Source: Eledone cirrhosa (Eukaryota). Taken from it: a DNA stretch of 64,000 bases. The notes under the pieces were generated by a model. The model was given only the letters and a program-made list of their open reading frames with translations. It did not search any database and had not been told where the DNA came from. The translations under genes and the position numbers were made by a program. The stretch is taken from assembly GCA_964016885.1 (NCBI GenBank), contig OZ024740.1, forward strand, positions 204,538,001-204,602,000. The letters are read 5' to 3'. Below are positions 13,016-26,400 of the stretch, piece after piece; the stretch's first letter is position 1, and every line of letters begins with the position of its first letter.

Positions 13016-13304
13016 TTATCAAAGGGCGGTGGATTGGCAGTATCGGTACAGGGTCGGACGTCATGCTTTGACGCATAGAGTTACGGCCCTTTTCATTCTG
13101 AGTTCAAATCCCGCCGAGGTCAACTTTGCCTTTCATCCTTACGGGGTCGATAAAATAAAGTACCAGTAATGTACTAGGAAATTTGCTGCCTTGTACCAAA
13201 AGTAGAAACAATTATTATCAAAATAAGAAATTATTATTATCAAATTTGTTTTCCTTCTTTTTTCTTTCCTTTATCATTATTGTTCAATGAATTTATATAA
13301 TATA

Positions 13305-13797
13305 AATTCATCGGAACCTATACAATACAACACTTTTCAAAAAAAAATAATAAAGTATTTATTTATTTTAGTGAACTTACGTTGTGAGAACAGCGAACTG
13401 ACCCTGTCTCTCGGCTGAAGTTTTCAGTTTAAAGTTATGCTGTCACCGACCAACATTTACTTGTTCGTGATTGGTCAATTTCTAAGTTCAATTAGTAGTA
13501 GTCAAATTCTCGGAATTCTGAAAACTATCTTTCCAAGAATTGAAAGTATTCAATTTCCACGAATCTCAGAACAGTGTTTTTCTGCTAATTCAAGTGAGAA
13601 ACTGAAAGTAGTGTTTTCCACGAATTGGAGTGGAGAACCTGTGTACACTACAGTAGTACTCGTTCATTTATACATTGCACCTTTGGCATTTTCTTTGCAC
13701 CTTTTTCAGAAAACCCAAAATATTAATGGTAATGTAAATATTTATTTTTTTAAGGAACCCGGAGTTTGTTTTACGGAACCCATGTTGGCGACCACTG
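13305..13797 (-). mobile_element. Non-autonomous derivative of the same Buster family
   Basis: TIR GTTGGCGACCACTG ends at 13797, followed by ACCTATGG (central TA); 13305-13373 is the reverse complement of 5681-5752; outer right end missing. Confidence 0.85.
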
Positions 13798-14269
13798 ACC
13801 TATGGAGCCACGACAAAAGAGCCCAGTCCACTATAGTGGTCATGTAGGTGTCATTACAAAAGCAAGCGCCCAGTCAGCAATGTAAAGTGGTCGTGTAGGT
13901 GTCACGACAAAAAAGCACCCAGTCCACGCTGTAAAGTGGTCATGTAGGCGACACGGCAAAAAGCATCCAGCACAAATTGTAAATGTGATTGGTGTTAAGA
14001 AGAGTATCCAGCCGTAGAAACCAAGCCAAATCAGTTCTGAGTGTGCGAATCACGGTCCCTCGACCTGATCCCTCACAAAGGGACAGCCCATGCTAGCGTG
14101 GAAGATGGACGTTAAACGATGATAATGATGTTTCTCCCAAAATAGCTAATAAATATCACAAGTATCTTATGTGCAACGTTTGTATATCTGGTAGGCTAAT
14201 GTTTTTTTTTTTTGTTAATATTCCTTGCTGAAACGAAGAGGGGCCTTATATGCCTGGAGGTAGTATACG

Positions 14270-15082
14270 CCATCAAATATGGTACTTCTCAGTTTCCATA
14301 GATTCGACAGCAGGCCTAGATCATGTTGAGCAGTTAACAGTTATTGTGCGATATTTTGTTTCTGGGAAGCTGATAGAAAGGTTTTGTTTTTATTTTCCTG
14401 CAGGTTGGCTGTCACATGACTGAAGTATTAGCTACCTCTCTGTTAGAAAGTTTTTTAATGATGATATTAATCTTGAAGACTGCAGAGATAAGTTTAATAT
14501 TTCCAGCAGTATGTCTGGTCTCTACTCAGAGATGAAAGCCATGTGTGGCTTTCATTTCATCCCTATGGTCTGTTCACTCATTAAATCTTGTTGAACAGGC
14601 TGCTGTCTCTTGATGTACTGAAGCTGTCAAATATTAGGGCTTCAATGAAGGGTTATATCCCTTTTGTCTGCATCAAAACACAGATGGGGACATCTAATGA
14701 AGTCTTTGAAAAGAAGGAAAAGCACACAAACTGTGAAGTTTCTGTCAGACACACATTGGTCTCTAAGAGCGAGCTTATATTGATGAGTGTCATAGATGAG
14801 TGCGACTCCATTTAAAATATACCTCAAGATATTGAAGGTGACTTGAAACAAACACCTGAAGCAAGATATGAAACAGAAACATTGACAAACAAAATAGACT
14901 GTCGGGAAGCTGCTCTGATTACCAAAATATGGAACTTAATTTTTGTACGGTTCAACAGTATAAATAAAGATTTTCAAAGAATTGAAGTTGACCTGAATAG
15001 AGTGGTGGATCTAATTAATTCTCTGGAAAAGATTCTGAAATCTCTTAGGGATAGGGATCAAGAGTTGGAACCGAATACCTAG
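14270..15082 (+). pseudogene. Degenerate hAT transposase (ZMYM1/Tip100-like)
   Basis: YFSVSIDSTAGLDHVEQLTVIVRY...IERF, HSLNLV, IWNLIF.RFNSINKDFQ; many frameshifts. Confidence 0.8.
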
Positions 15083-16220
15083 ACCATGTGAGGTATCACC
15101 GACTACAAAGCAACAACAGGCCAAGAAACAAACACTATGATGCAAATTTAAGATTAGTCTCAGAGGTCTAAATCCAGTTGCTGTCGTGGAGCATTTTAAC
15201 GGATGAAGAACAAGACGAAAATACAATACAGAACGCACACATGAATGATAAAGCAAACAAAATGTTTTACTTTTACACCCATCTCGCTTTGGAGGTGAAA
15301 TTTATGTAAACCATCGAAAATTATTCGTGTTTTAATCATCCCAGTTAACTAAAAAACGAATAATTTCCGACTGTTTTTGAAGGCTATATTCGTTTAAAAC
15401 ACATCAAAGACAATAGGAAAAACAAATTTCACCAAAGCGAGATGGGTGCAATATTCACCTCCAAACCCGAGAACTCCGAGAGTGAACCCCCGCCGCCCTA
15501 CCACCACCACCACCCATTCAATATAAAATGAATTTCCGACGGTTTTGAAAAAACATCAAAACTCACAGGAAAAACGTAAATTTTACCTCCAAAGCGGGAT
15601 GGATATAATTCTAAAGAAAATTATGCGAGTAGCCCACACCTCACCCTATTAACTAAAAAACGAATAATTTCCAATGGATTTGAAAGTCAGATTCGTTCAA
15701 ACCTCATACTATATGGAAAACAAATTTCATCTCCAACATGAGTAAAAACAATCTACCAACAAAACAAAACTTACGTGGAATTATATGGCGATGACTAAAT
15801 AAACAAATAAAAGTTCAACATTTAAATTGAACATTGTGTAATGAAGGCCAAATTTGGCCAGTTAGACTCGTTGGCGAACCGCCTCACTGACGTATCACCT
15901 AACGCCCACGAGTTTAATTCGAGAAATATTAAGAAAAAAACTCGAACGCTCTTTGTTGTGATTTTTTTTTTATATATATATTTATATAAAAATGTGCATG
16001 TTTGTACGCATTCTATTGAAACAGATATATAGTTGAAGGTTTAAAAGGGGACGGAGGGCTTATAAATGAAGCGATGATATGGGATAAAACAACCAACGTT
16101 TGACCAGGATAAACAAAATACAATAGTTATCTACCTTAGATGTACTGAAATTATGGAAGGAAGCCAATATCAATAGTTACTTCCCTTGTCAGGCCGTTAG
16201 GTGGCATTTACATCTCCATA

Positions 16221-16272
16221 ATGTCAACTGTCCGTGGTAGCTGTCTGCTTGTACTCAGTGCTTCATCTCCAG
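16221..16272 (+). CDS. GATD1: GATD1/PDDC1 (DJ-1/PfpI-like) exon 1
   Basis: MSTVRGSCLLVLSASSP-G|GTAATT; matches the recalled human CLLVASGAAEG. Confidence 0.88.
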
Positions 16273-16817
16273 GTAATTTTTACGAAGACTTCATATATAT
16301 TCCATGTAGCTTTTACTATTCACACCTCCGATGCAAGTTAAGTTTATTTTTCTTTAGTTGTATATAAATGTAAACTTTAGAAATTCTTTAGTAATTACGC
16401 CCCCTTTATAAACATGAATTTAATCCTGTTCTTATATATTATTCAATTTAGGAAAGTTGGTTGATCAGATAATCCACCACTTTATTGTAAACAGATGTAA
16501 AGCACTCTAGGATTTGTATTCCTTAGAATGTTATCGAAAAGGTATCAACCGGAGTTGCAATATTATAAAGAAGAGAGACGGTTTTATGTGTACATCCTTC
16601 TTTATAATAAATATATATTCTTTGTTTTAACCTGATTAGTTGTTTTTGGTATTGTATGGTTGAGTTTTGCCTACCGCAATTTTTAATTTGTCAAGCTTTT
16701 TAAACGTAATGTTATTACTCTAAGGACCTACCCTTATTGAGTGCTTTGCTACTCATCCCTAATTGTAGGTCGACTTTGCTTGGCCACAGCCAAAGCTTCG
16801 ATTTTACTAAGCTTCCA

Positions 16818-16885
<68 letters not shown>

Positions 16886-16886
<1 letters not shown>

Positions 16887-17248
16887 TAACAAAGAAAGTG
16901 TGGTAAGGAACCAGGTGGACCATAACACTCCAGAGTACTCGATACTTAGGGTAGTAGAATAGGTAATAGGAAAAGATTCAAGACCCTGACAGCTGAGCTC
17001 CTGCCGTTTCGACAGCTAGATCCGAACTGTTCAGATCTAGCTGTCGAAACGGTAGGAGCTCAGCCGCCGGGGTCCTGACTCTTTTCCTATATATTATATA
17101 TATAACGAAAGAAGTGTGGTAAGGAACCAGGTGGACCATAACGCACCAGTGTACTCGATACTTTGGGTAGTAGAGTGGGTAACAGGAAAATGTCCAGAAA
17201 TAGCCGTCGAAACGGCTTGAGTTCTGCCGTCGGGGTCTTGAACATTTT

Positions 17249-17250
<2 letters not shown>
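16886..17250. mobile_element. Two tandem Penelope-type pLTR relics in (TA)n, each with inverted structure
   Basis: About 125-bp palindrome at 16966-17090; 16890-16975 repeated at 17108-17190; hammerhead 3' halves GAAACGGC-loop-GCCGTC. Confidence 0.65.
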
Positions 17251-17299
<49 letters not shown>

Positions 17300-18282
17300 A
17301 AAGACTTAATATGAAATCGCAACTTGACATTGTTTTATTTATTCGTTTGAATGTACAGTTTAATGTTTAAATATTCAGTTAAAATTATATCGATTGGAAG
17401 AATAAATGTTAAAAAAGGGAAATCGATTATTTTGTGACAGTTACATTTGTTGTTTATTAGATATAAACACTATTCGTTTCATTGTTACGAATATCAAATT
17501 CTTTTACATACATCTACGCCAAAGTCACTGAAAGTGTCACATTGATCATAAAACGAATTTTAGACGAGACATTCGGTATCATTAACAATACGAAAATGAA
17601 AATATCCTGTTAGATGCATTCGTTCATTTCACATGATTCGTTCATACAAATACACGCGAGCCGTCGGGTGAACTTTAACTCTAATGCTAACTCTGACTCT
17701 GCTCCCGTTAAAATTTATATACGCAATGAATCCGCTGAATCAGACGAGATGTTTTCCTATGTTTCATTCAATATATATAGTTTATGATTTTTAAATATAC
17801 TCTGTTAAGTTGCATGACTTAGTGGTTAGTTTTCTCGTTACGATCGTAAGGTCGTAATTTCGATTTGGGCGGCGTGCTGTGATTTTGAGCAAGACACTTT
17901 ATCTTTATTATACGTTGCTCCAGTTCACTCACTTGAATACAATTAGTACCGGAAGCAGCTTAGGGTTAACACAGAGATGGGCTGGTATTTTCACTCACTT
18001 AACACAAATGGGACCGAGATAAACAGGCTTGAAGAGCTTCATGGCTTAAAAACATACTTTAACTTTTTAACTTTAAATATGCCATACCATGGACCCATAT
18101 CTCTTGATTGAGGCGTAGGGATGCCGTAGTGGTATATGACATGTTATATAATGGAGCCCATCCCTCTCTAGGTTTGAACATAGCCGATTTCTTCCTATTA
18201 AAAGAAAGATGTTTTCGAGTGAAGAAATTAGTCAGCAACACAAACCAAAAACATTAGCATAATTGCCTAACATGATATGATA

Positions 18283-20195
18283 ACCACAGCAGTCTATAGT
18301 GTGGTAGCTACACCAATCTATAGTATGGTAGCCACAGCAGTCTATAGTGTGGTAGCCACAACAGTCTATAGTGTGGTAGCCACAGCAATCAATAGTATGG
18401 TAGCCACAGCAATCAATAGTATGGTAGCCACAGCAATCAATAGTATGGTAGCCACAGCAATCAATAGTATGGTAGCCACAGCAATCTATAGTGTGGTAGC
18501 TACACCAATTTATAGTATGGTAGCTACACCAATATATAGTGTGGGAGCTACAGCAATCTATAGTATGGTAGCTATAGTAATCTATAGTGTGATAGCTACA
18601 GCAATCTATAGTATGGTAGCTACACCAATCTATAGTGTGGTAATCACAGCAGTCTATAGTATGGTAACTACACCAATCTATAGTGTGGTAGCTACACCAA
18701 TCTATAGTGTGGTAGCTACACCAATCTATAGTGTGGTAGCTACACCAATCTATAGTGTGGTAGCTACACCAATCAATAGTGTGGTTGCTACACCAATCTA
18801 TAGTGTGGTTGCTACACCAATCTATAGTGTGGTTGCTACACCAATCTATAGTGTGGTAGCTACACCAATCTATAGTGTGGTAGCTACACCAATCAATAGT
18901 ATGGTAGCTACACCAATCAATAGTATGGTAGCCACAGCAATCTATAGTGTGGTAGCTACACCAATCTATAGTATGGTAGCTACACCAATCTATAGTGTGG
19001 TAGCCACAGCAATCTATAGTGTGGTAGCTACAGCAATCTATAGTGTGGTAGCTACACCAATCTATAGTATGGTAGCTACACCAATCTATAGTATGGTAGC
19101 TACACCAATCTATAGTATGGTAGCTACACCAATCTATAGTATGGTAGCTACACCAATCTATAGTATGGTAGCTACACCAATCTATAGTATGGTAGCTACA
19201 CCAATCTATAGTATGGTAGCTACACCAATCTATAGTATGGTAGCTACACCAATCTATAGTATGGTAGCTACACCAATCTATAGTATGGTAGCTACACCAA
19301 TCTATAGTATGGTAGCTACACCAATCTATAGTGTGGGAGCTACACCAATCTATAGTATGGTAGCTACACCAATCTATAGTGTGGTAGCTACACCAATCTA
19401 TAGTATGGTAGCTACACCAATCTATAGTATGGTAGCTACACCAATCTATAGTATGGTAGCTACACCAATCTATAGTATGGTAGCTACACCAATCTATAGT
19501 ATGGTAGCTACACCAATCTATAGTGTGGGAGCTACACCAATCTATAGTGTGGGAGCTACACCAATCTATAGTATGGTAGCTACACCAATCTATAGTATGG
19601 TAGCTACACCAATCTATAGTATGGTAGCTACACCAATCTATAGTATGGTAGCTACACCAATCTATAGTGTGGGAGCTACACCAATCTATAGTATGGTAGC
19701 TACACCAATCTATAGTGTGGTAGCTACACCAATCTATAGTATGGTAGCTACACCAATCTATAGTGTGGTAGCTACACCAATCTATAGTATGGTAGCTACA
19801 TCAATCTATAGTATGGTAGCTACATCAATCTATAGTATGGTAGCTACACCAATCTATAGTGTGGGAGCTACACCAATCTATAGTATGGTAGCTACACCAA
19901 TCTGTAGTATGGTAGCTACACCAATCTATAGTGTGGTAGCTACACCAATCTATAGTATGGTAGCTACACCAATCTATAGTGTGGGAGCTACACCAATCTA
20001 TAGTATGGTAGCTACACCAATCTATAGTGTGGTAATCACAGCAATCTATAGTGTGGGAGCTACACCAATCTATAGTATGGTAGCTACACCAATCTGTAGT
20101 ATGGTAGCTACACCAATCTATAGTGTGGGAGCTACACCAATCTATAGTATGGTAGCTACACCAATCTATAGTGTGGTAATCACAGCAATCTATAT
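18283..20195. repeat. 24-bp minisatellite (GCTACACCAATCTATAGTATGGTA), about 80 copies, GATD1 intron 1
   Basis: Direct tandem array; 8-aa periodic ORF. Confidence 0.97.
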
Positions 20196-20544
20196 TCAAC
20201 TCAGAAGGATGAAAGGCAAAGTTGATCTGGGTGAAATTTGAACTCAAAATACAAAGAGCAGGGGTAAAATGCTGCATACATTTTAGCCAATACTCTAAAG
20301 ATTCTGCCAATCTGCTGCCTTTAAAATAACTAACATGATATTATTGTTGAGACACAGCATGGCCAAATTGTTACAAAATTTAATTTCATTATCATCATCA
20401 CCGTTTAACGTCCATTTTTCCATGGTAGCATGGGTTAGACGAGTTGTCCTGTTGTGAGAAATGCCAGGTCAAGTGACCATGCCTTGCTCATAGAGAATTG
20501 CTTTGGGTTTGGTTTCTGCAGCTGGATGTCTTTCCTAACACCAA

Positions 20545-20890
20545 CCACATTTACAGTGTGTGCTGGGTACTTTTTGTTGTGACACCTACACAACAACTTT
20601 ACAGTGTGTGCTGGGGACTTTTTGTTGTGACACCTACACAACCACTTTACAGTGTGTGCTGGGTACTTTTTGTTGTGACACCTACACAACCACTTTACAG
20701 TGTGTGCTGGGTACTTTTTGTTGTAACACCTACACAACCACTTTACAGTGTGTGCTGGGGACTTTTTGTTGTGACACCTACACAACCACTTTACAGCGTG
20801 TGGTGGGTACTTTTTGTTGTGACACCTACACAACCACATTTTCTGTGTGAGCTGGGCGCTTTTTGTCATAACACCTACATGACCACTTTA
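20545..20890. repeat. 48-bp minisatellite amplified from an internal segment of SINE family A
   Basis: About 7 units continuing directly from the SINE body at 20390-20550. Confidence 0.9.
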
Positions 20891-21335
20891 CGGGGGGGGG
20901 GGGGTATTTGGGTGTGTGTGAGGAATGGAGTGTTAGGACATGGGAGGTAAATGGAAAGAGGTGGAGTGCAATTGTTAAATCATTGGTTCAATCACACTGT
21001 GTAGCTACTTGAGCAAGTGTCATTTACTATAGCCTCAGGATGACCCAAACCCTGTCAGTGAAATTGGATAGATGGAATCTGATTGGGAGCCTGTAACTGA
21101 TTGAAAGACTGTACCTGCAATTAAAAGGTCACAGACTGTATCAGTCTTAATCTTGCTGAGAATTATGTTAAAGGGGCATGTGTCTGTAGAATGCTCAGCC
21201 ACTTATACTTTAATTTTATAAGCAGGCTACTCCATTGATTGAAAAACTAGAAAACATATCAAATTTAATGGGAGTGATTCCTTTCTTACCTCTGTAATCA
21301 TGGAAAATTGCTGCTAGTATCAGAATAAGTGCCTG

Positions 21336-21890
21336 CACATATTTACTTCACCCTTATACTACCAAACCACCAACAACCACCCCTAATACACATATTTACG
21401 TCACCCTTATGTTACCAAACCACCCCTAATACACATATTTACTTCACCCTTATGTTACCAAACCACCAACAACCACCCCTAATACACATATTTACGTCAC
21501 CCTTATGTTACCAAACCACCCCTAATACACATATTTACTTCACCCTTATGTTACCAAACCACCAACAACCACCCCTAATACACATATTTACGTCACCCTT
21601 ATGTTACCAAACCACCCCTAATACACATATTTACTTCACCCTTATGTTACCAAACCACCAACAACCACCCCTAATACACATATTTACGTCACCCTTATGT
21701 TACCAAACCACCCCTAATACACATATTTACTTCACCCTTATGTTACCAAACCACCAACAACCACCCCTAATACACATATTTACGTCACCCTTATGTTACC
21801 AAACCATCCCTAATACACATATTTGCTTCACCCTTATGTTACCAAACCACCCCTAATACATATATTTACTTCACCCTTATGTTACCAAAA
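21336..21890. repeat. Minisatellite of alternating 53-bp and 43-bp units (96-bp dimer)
   Basis: Core CACCCTTATGTTACCAAACCACC; 32-aa ORF period. Confidence 0.93.
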
Positions 21891-22427
21891 CACCTGAAAC
21901 TACCTCTAATTCTTCGAAGTATTTATATTTATCTTTAAAAGCCTTCCATGATAATTTTATGTAAGTTTCTTTAAGTTATGCTCCAAAGACCAGCTTAATA
22001 AGTAAAAAGTTAATTATATGATCCAAGTCTTGATTTCAACATTATTTGAACATTATAAGCAGCACCATCATCACTGTTATGTGGCTGTTTTCCATGCTTG
22101 CATGGGTTGAACAGGTTGTTATACTCTGAGACCAGACAGGTTAGATGGCCACACTTTGGACATATGCTCCATTTTAGCATGATTACTTTGAGAACCTCTG
22201 CTCTAAATAGTAGTTAAGAAAATCAGGTAAAGTACCCCTTAAGTCAGAAAAACATGGACAGAAGCATCTGCAAGGAATGAAATGCCTCATGTCCTGTCCG
22301 CTTTTATTTCTGTCTCGGGATATTTAACCTGATTTCAAATTTCTCCAATGCTTCTTTAGCCAACTACTTGGCTTACAAATGAGTAAAAGGTTTTTTTTGC
22401 TTTTTTTTTTCCTCACTTTGAATTCAG

Positions 22428-22504
22428 GTGTTACTGCTCAATCATTTGTGCAGGCATATACCTTAGCAGCAACCAACTTTACAGTCCAGCTAGCAACACC
22501 TGAG
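22428..22504 (+). CDS. GATD1: GATD1 exon 2
   Basis: TTCAG acceptor; (G)VTAQSFVQAYTLAATNFTVQLATPE; GTAAAT donor. Confidence 0.93.
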
Positions 22505-22531
22505 GTAAATAGCCACTTTCTCTTTATTTAA

Positions 22532-22805
22532 CTCTTAACATCCTGTATTGATACAACAGAAATCATCTAAAATAAATACAGGTTTCTTAATTTGAATGTT
22601 TATAGTGTCTTTACTGGTAGACAGATCATTGTGAAAATTTGCAGTATTAGTATTCTTCTACTCTTTTACTTGTTCCAGCCATCCGGCTGAGGACATGCTG
22701 GGGCACTGCCCTTGTAATATCTAATGTGATGCAGTTATGGTTGTGTTTTGTACTTTTCAAGAATGTTTTACTAACATGGTTTCATGTGGTACATGACGTT
22801 AAGAG
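22532..22805. mobile_element. TTAA-flanked MITE (piggyBac-like); second copy at 45789-45985
   Basis: TTAA|CTCTTAAC...GTTAAGAG|TTAA. Confidence 0.8.
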
Positions 22806-23331
22806 TTAATATGATGAATAATTGTTTAAGTGGTTTCAGTCATTGGTGTGTGACCACACTGGGGCAACACCTTGTCCAGATATACTCAATCATATCAATC
22901 CCAGTACTTATTTGTCAAATCATTACGTTACAAAACTTAAACACAAACAGTAACCGTAAATGCAAACATATGCACACACACACATGTGTAAGTGTATATA
23001 TGCATGCATGTGTATGTATTTATGCATGTATATATGTGTCAGGTCACTCTCGAGTGCTACTAGTAACATGTAACCCAGTACAACCTGTCTCATGGTCGGG
23101 TCGTCGGCGACTAAACTGGCAACCCCACCAAGCTTGCTTGGTGAGGAGGGTGATATTTGGACACCCTGCGGGATGAAATACAAGACCCAGCAAAGGGCGG
23201 AAGAACTCAACAGGTTCGTGTGGCTGGCTGTAGCCTAAAGGTGCATCATTTTCTGTAATCTGACAAGCGATTGCAATACTTTTAGCAGAGTTTGCAGCCA
23301 CCATATGTGTGTGTGTATATATATATATATA

Positions 23332-23366
<35 letters not shown>

Positions 23367-23381
23367 GTGTGTGTGTGTGCA

Positions 23382-24198
23382 TGAGGTGTGTCAGAAAAGT
23401 AACAGGACTTTGTGTGTTGTGTGAGCTATGAATGGAGTAGAGATTAGCAGGTTTCATTGCCGAGTGATGTAATAGCAGGGGAGTATATAACTGTGATCTC
23501 AGCTCTCTGCAGGCCATTGAGTGATGGACACAGAACAACAAACCAACCTGAAATTCCTGGTCCAGCTGGGGAAAACTCCATCAGAAGCACTTGGAATACT
23601 GCAGCAAGTGTACAGAGATGAGACGATGTCACATTCACAGGTTTTCGAGTGGCACAAAAGGTTAAAAGAGGGACGGAAGGGCATGGAAGATGACCCCAGG
23701 AGCAGAAAGCCTTCAACAGGCAGAACTGACCAATGTTGAGTGTGTGAGGCAGGTGGTGCATGGTGATTGTTGGCTGACTGTTTGACTGATTACAACTGAT
23801 CACAACAGCATTTGGAAGATTATCACCAAAGATTTGGATCTGCGTAAAGATGGTGCTGAAGCATCCAACAGTCCCTGGCTGAGAAGAACATCGCCATCCT
23901 GGAGCAACCTCCTTATTCACCCAATTTGGCTCCATGTGATTTTTTTTCCTTTTCCCCAAGCTCAAGAGGGCCATCAAGGAGACCTGTTTTCCAGATGTGA
24001 GAGCCATGAAGAAGGCCATGATGACAGAGCTGTGGAGAATCCCGGGAAATTCCTTCCAGGAATGCAAGGAAGTGCAGCAGAGATGGCTGAGAAAGTGCAT
24101 TAGATACAAGGGGAATTATTTCAAAGGGGAAAACTTGTAGTTTGGATTTGAAATATTTTTTTGTAACCCCTGACATGTTTCTTTTCTGACACACCTCA
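23382..24198 (+). mobile_element. Internally deleted mariner transposon
   Basis: TIRs TGAGGTGTGTCAGAAAAG; KFLVQLGKTPSE, VFEWHKR..EGR..EDDPRS, PPYSPNLAPCDF. Confidence 0.92.
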
Positions 24199-24396
24199 TG
24201 TGTATGTGTATGTATATACAACAGACTGTCATGCAGTTTACATCCACCACATTTAATTCACACTACATTAGTCAACCAAAGGCTATAGTAGGTGCCACAC
24301 AGTATGACTGAACCCCAAACCATGTAGTTGTGAACCAAACTCCTTAACCATAATTTCCTAATTTTCAAGCAAGTTGAATGTTTTTTGATGCATTAA

Positions 24397-24597
24397 CCCT
24401 TTAGCACTTACATTACTCTATATTTACTATTATATTTTCATAGTAAAGGCTTTACCTCACATAATATCGAATCTATGAGATTTTGATATTATTTATTTTG
24501 AGAACAATACTTTAACATCAATATGAGCGACTAGTTACAGCCGGTTTGAACAGAAAGAGAATTCTGGCCGGATACCGTCGGTTTAAATGCTAAAGGG
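24397..24597. mobile_element. TTAA-flanked MITE with TIR CCCTTTAGCA; relative at 61722-61942
   Basis: TTAA|CCCTTTAGCA...TGCTAAAGGG|TTAA. Confidence 0.82.
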
Positions 24598-24877
24598 TTA
24601 AAAAACTTATTTTTATTGTTAGTCTTATAACATCTCATGTTGAAATACACTTTATTACAGTTTGATATCTGTAGTAGAATATATATGATCACAAGGACTT
24701 GGGTAGCTTGCCTAGAAACAATCTAGACCAATATTTTTTAGCCTCTTTTCAATGACAGCAGCTTTAAGTCATATATAAAACTGTGGCGACAAATTAGCCT
24801 TATTCTAATTTACATTCAGGGAGCATATAAGTGTAGTGCCCAGTTTGTTTACTCAAATAAGCACTTACTGTTTTCAG

Positions 24878-24983
24878 GGTAAACCTCCTGAATTTATTGA
24901 CCAAGATGACCACAACCGTAGATGGTTTAATGAATTTCGTTCAAAGTCATCTTCAACCCCCATATCTCTGGAGTCAGTTGATG
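24878..24983 (+). CDS. GATD1: GATD1 exon 3
   Basis: GKPPEFIDQDDHNRRWFNEFRSKSSSTPISLESVD; AG acceptor, GTAAGT donor. Confidence 0.93.
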
Positions 24984-25079
24984 GTAAGTATAGATTATTT
25001 TCTTCTTTTTGTGAACATTTTCAAATTTTTAGTTCAAATTTATATATTAAGAAAAAGGGTTTTAGAAAAGTGTGATCTG

Positions 25080-26400
25080 TATTTCATTACCATATTTCTT
25101 ATGAAAGACACTACCTATGTCTTTAACTATTTCATTACCATATTTCTAATGAAAGACACTGCCTATGTCTTTAACTATTTCATTACCATATTTCTAATGA
25201 AAGACACTACCTATAATAATAATAATAATAATAATAATGAAATTATTGTGTACAGTGCTCAGGTGCACTACAACTCATCAAAGGTGCATGTATAGTACAT
25301 AGAATGATGTACAAATGTCAGGAAAATGAACAGTGTACGAGTCATGATATAATAACAATAACAATAATGAAATATTGTGTACAGTGCCCAGGTGCACCAC
25401 AACTCATCAAAAAAGTGCATGTACAGTACATAGGGCAATGCACAAACATCAGTAAAATGAACAGTGCACGAGTCATGATACACACATGTGTGCATGTGCA
25501 TGGAAGGGGTACATCAGGTGTAGTTTTGGCGTATTTCGGGAAGCATGAGTGTCTTAAAGGATGCAGTGTCTCGGCAGCTAACAATTGACGCAGGCAGTTT
25601 GTTCCATGCTTCAGCAACTCTGAGCGTGAAAAAATGTCTACGAAAGTCATGGGAGCTGTGCTGTTTTCTGATCTTGTAGGCATGTCCACGTGTGTTAGAC
25701 ACATGGAGATCAAAGAGGCGCTCAGGGTTGCAATTGGCGAGATGGTTAAAAACTTTGTGGGTATTCACCAAGTCCATTGCCAGACGTCGGAGCTTCAATG
25801 AATCCATGCCCAGGGAAGCAAGGCGTTCAGAGTATGGTAGGTGTCTGATGGAGGGTATGCGCTTGGTTGCACGTCTCTGAACAGTTTCCAGGAGGTCAAT
25901 GTTCTGAGCAAGATAGGGGTTCCAGACTGATGATGCGAATTCCAAGTGTGGTCGTACCATAGCTGTATACAGTTTTAAATAGATGGCTGGAGAGCGGCTA
26001 ACAAAGGTCTTGCTGAGTGATGCCAAGACACCCTCTTTAACAATTTCATTACCATATTTCTAATGAAAGACACTACCTATGTCTTTAACCCTTTCATTAC
26101 CATATTTCTTATGAAAGACACTGCCTATGTCTTTAACTATTTCATTACCATATTTCTAATGAAAGACACTGCCTATGTCTTTAACCCTTTCATTACCATA
26201 TTTCTTATGAAAGACACTGCCTATGTCTTTAACTATTTCATTATCATATTTCTAATGAAAGACACTACCTATGTCTTTAACCCTTTCATTACCATATTTC
26301 TAATGAAAGACACTACCTATGTCTTTAACCCTTTCATTACCATATTTCTAATGAAAGACACTACCTATGTCTTTAACCCTTTCATTACCATATTTCTAAT
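25080..26400. repeat. 48-bp minisatellite interrupted by a CR1 insertion
   Basis: TTTCATTACCATATTTCTAATGAAAGACACTACCTATGTCTTTAACCC units at 25080-25214 and 26034-26400. Confidence 0.9.
25215..26033 (-). mobile_element. 5'-truncated CR1-type LINE with duplicated 3'UTR and (ATT)n tail
   Basis: LY..MVRPHLEFASSVWNP, LETVQRRATK, YSERL, TRGH, FFTLRV..AWNKLP. Confidence 0.9.

Noticed and set aside
18277-20241. 654-aa ATPIYSMV-repeat ORF
   Set aside because: Translation of a 24-bp minisatellite ending in SINE sequence; intronic
20545-21890. CRISPR-like regular repeats
   Set aside because: No unique spacers, no cas genes, eukaryotic context
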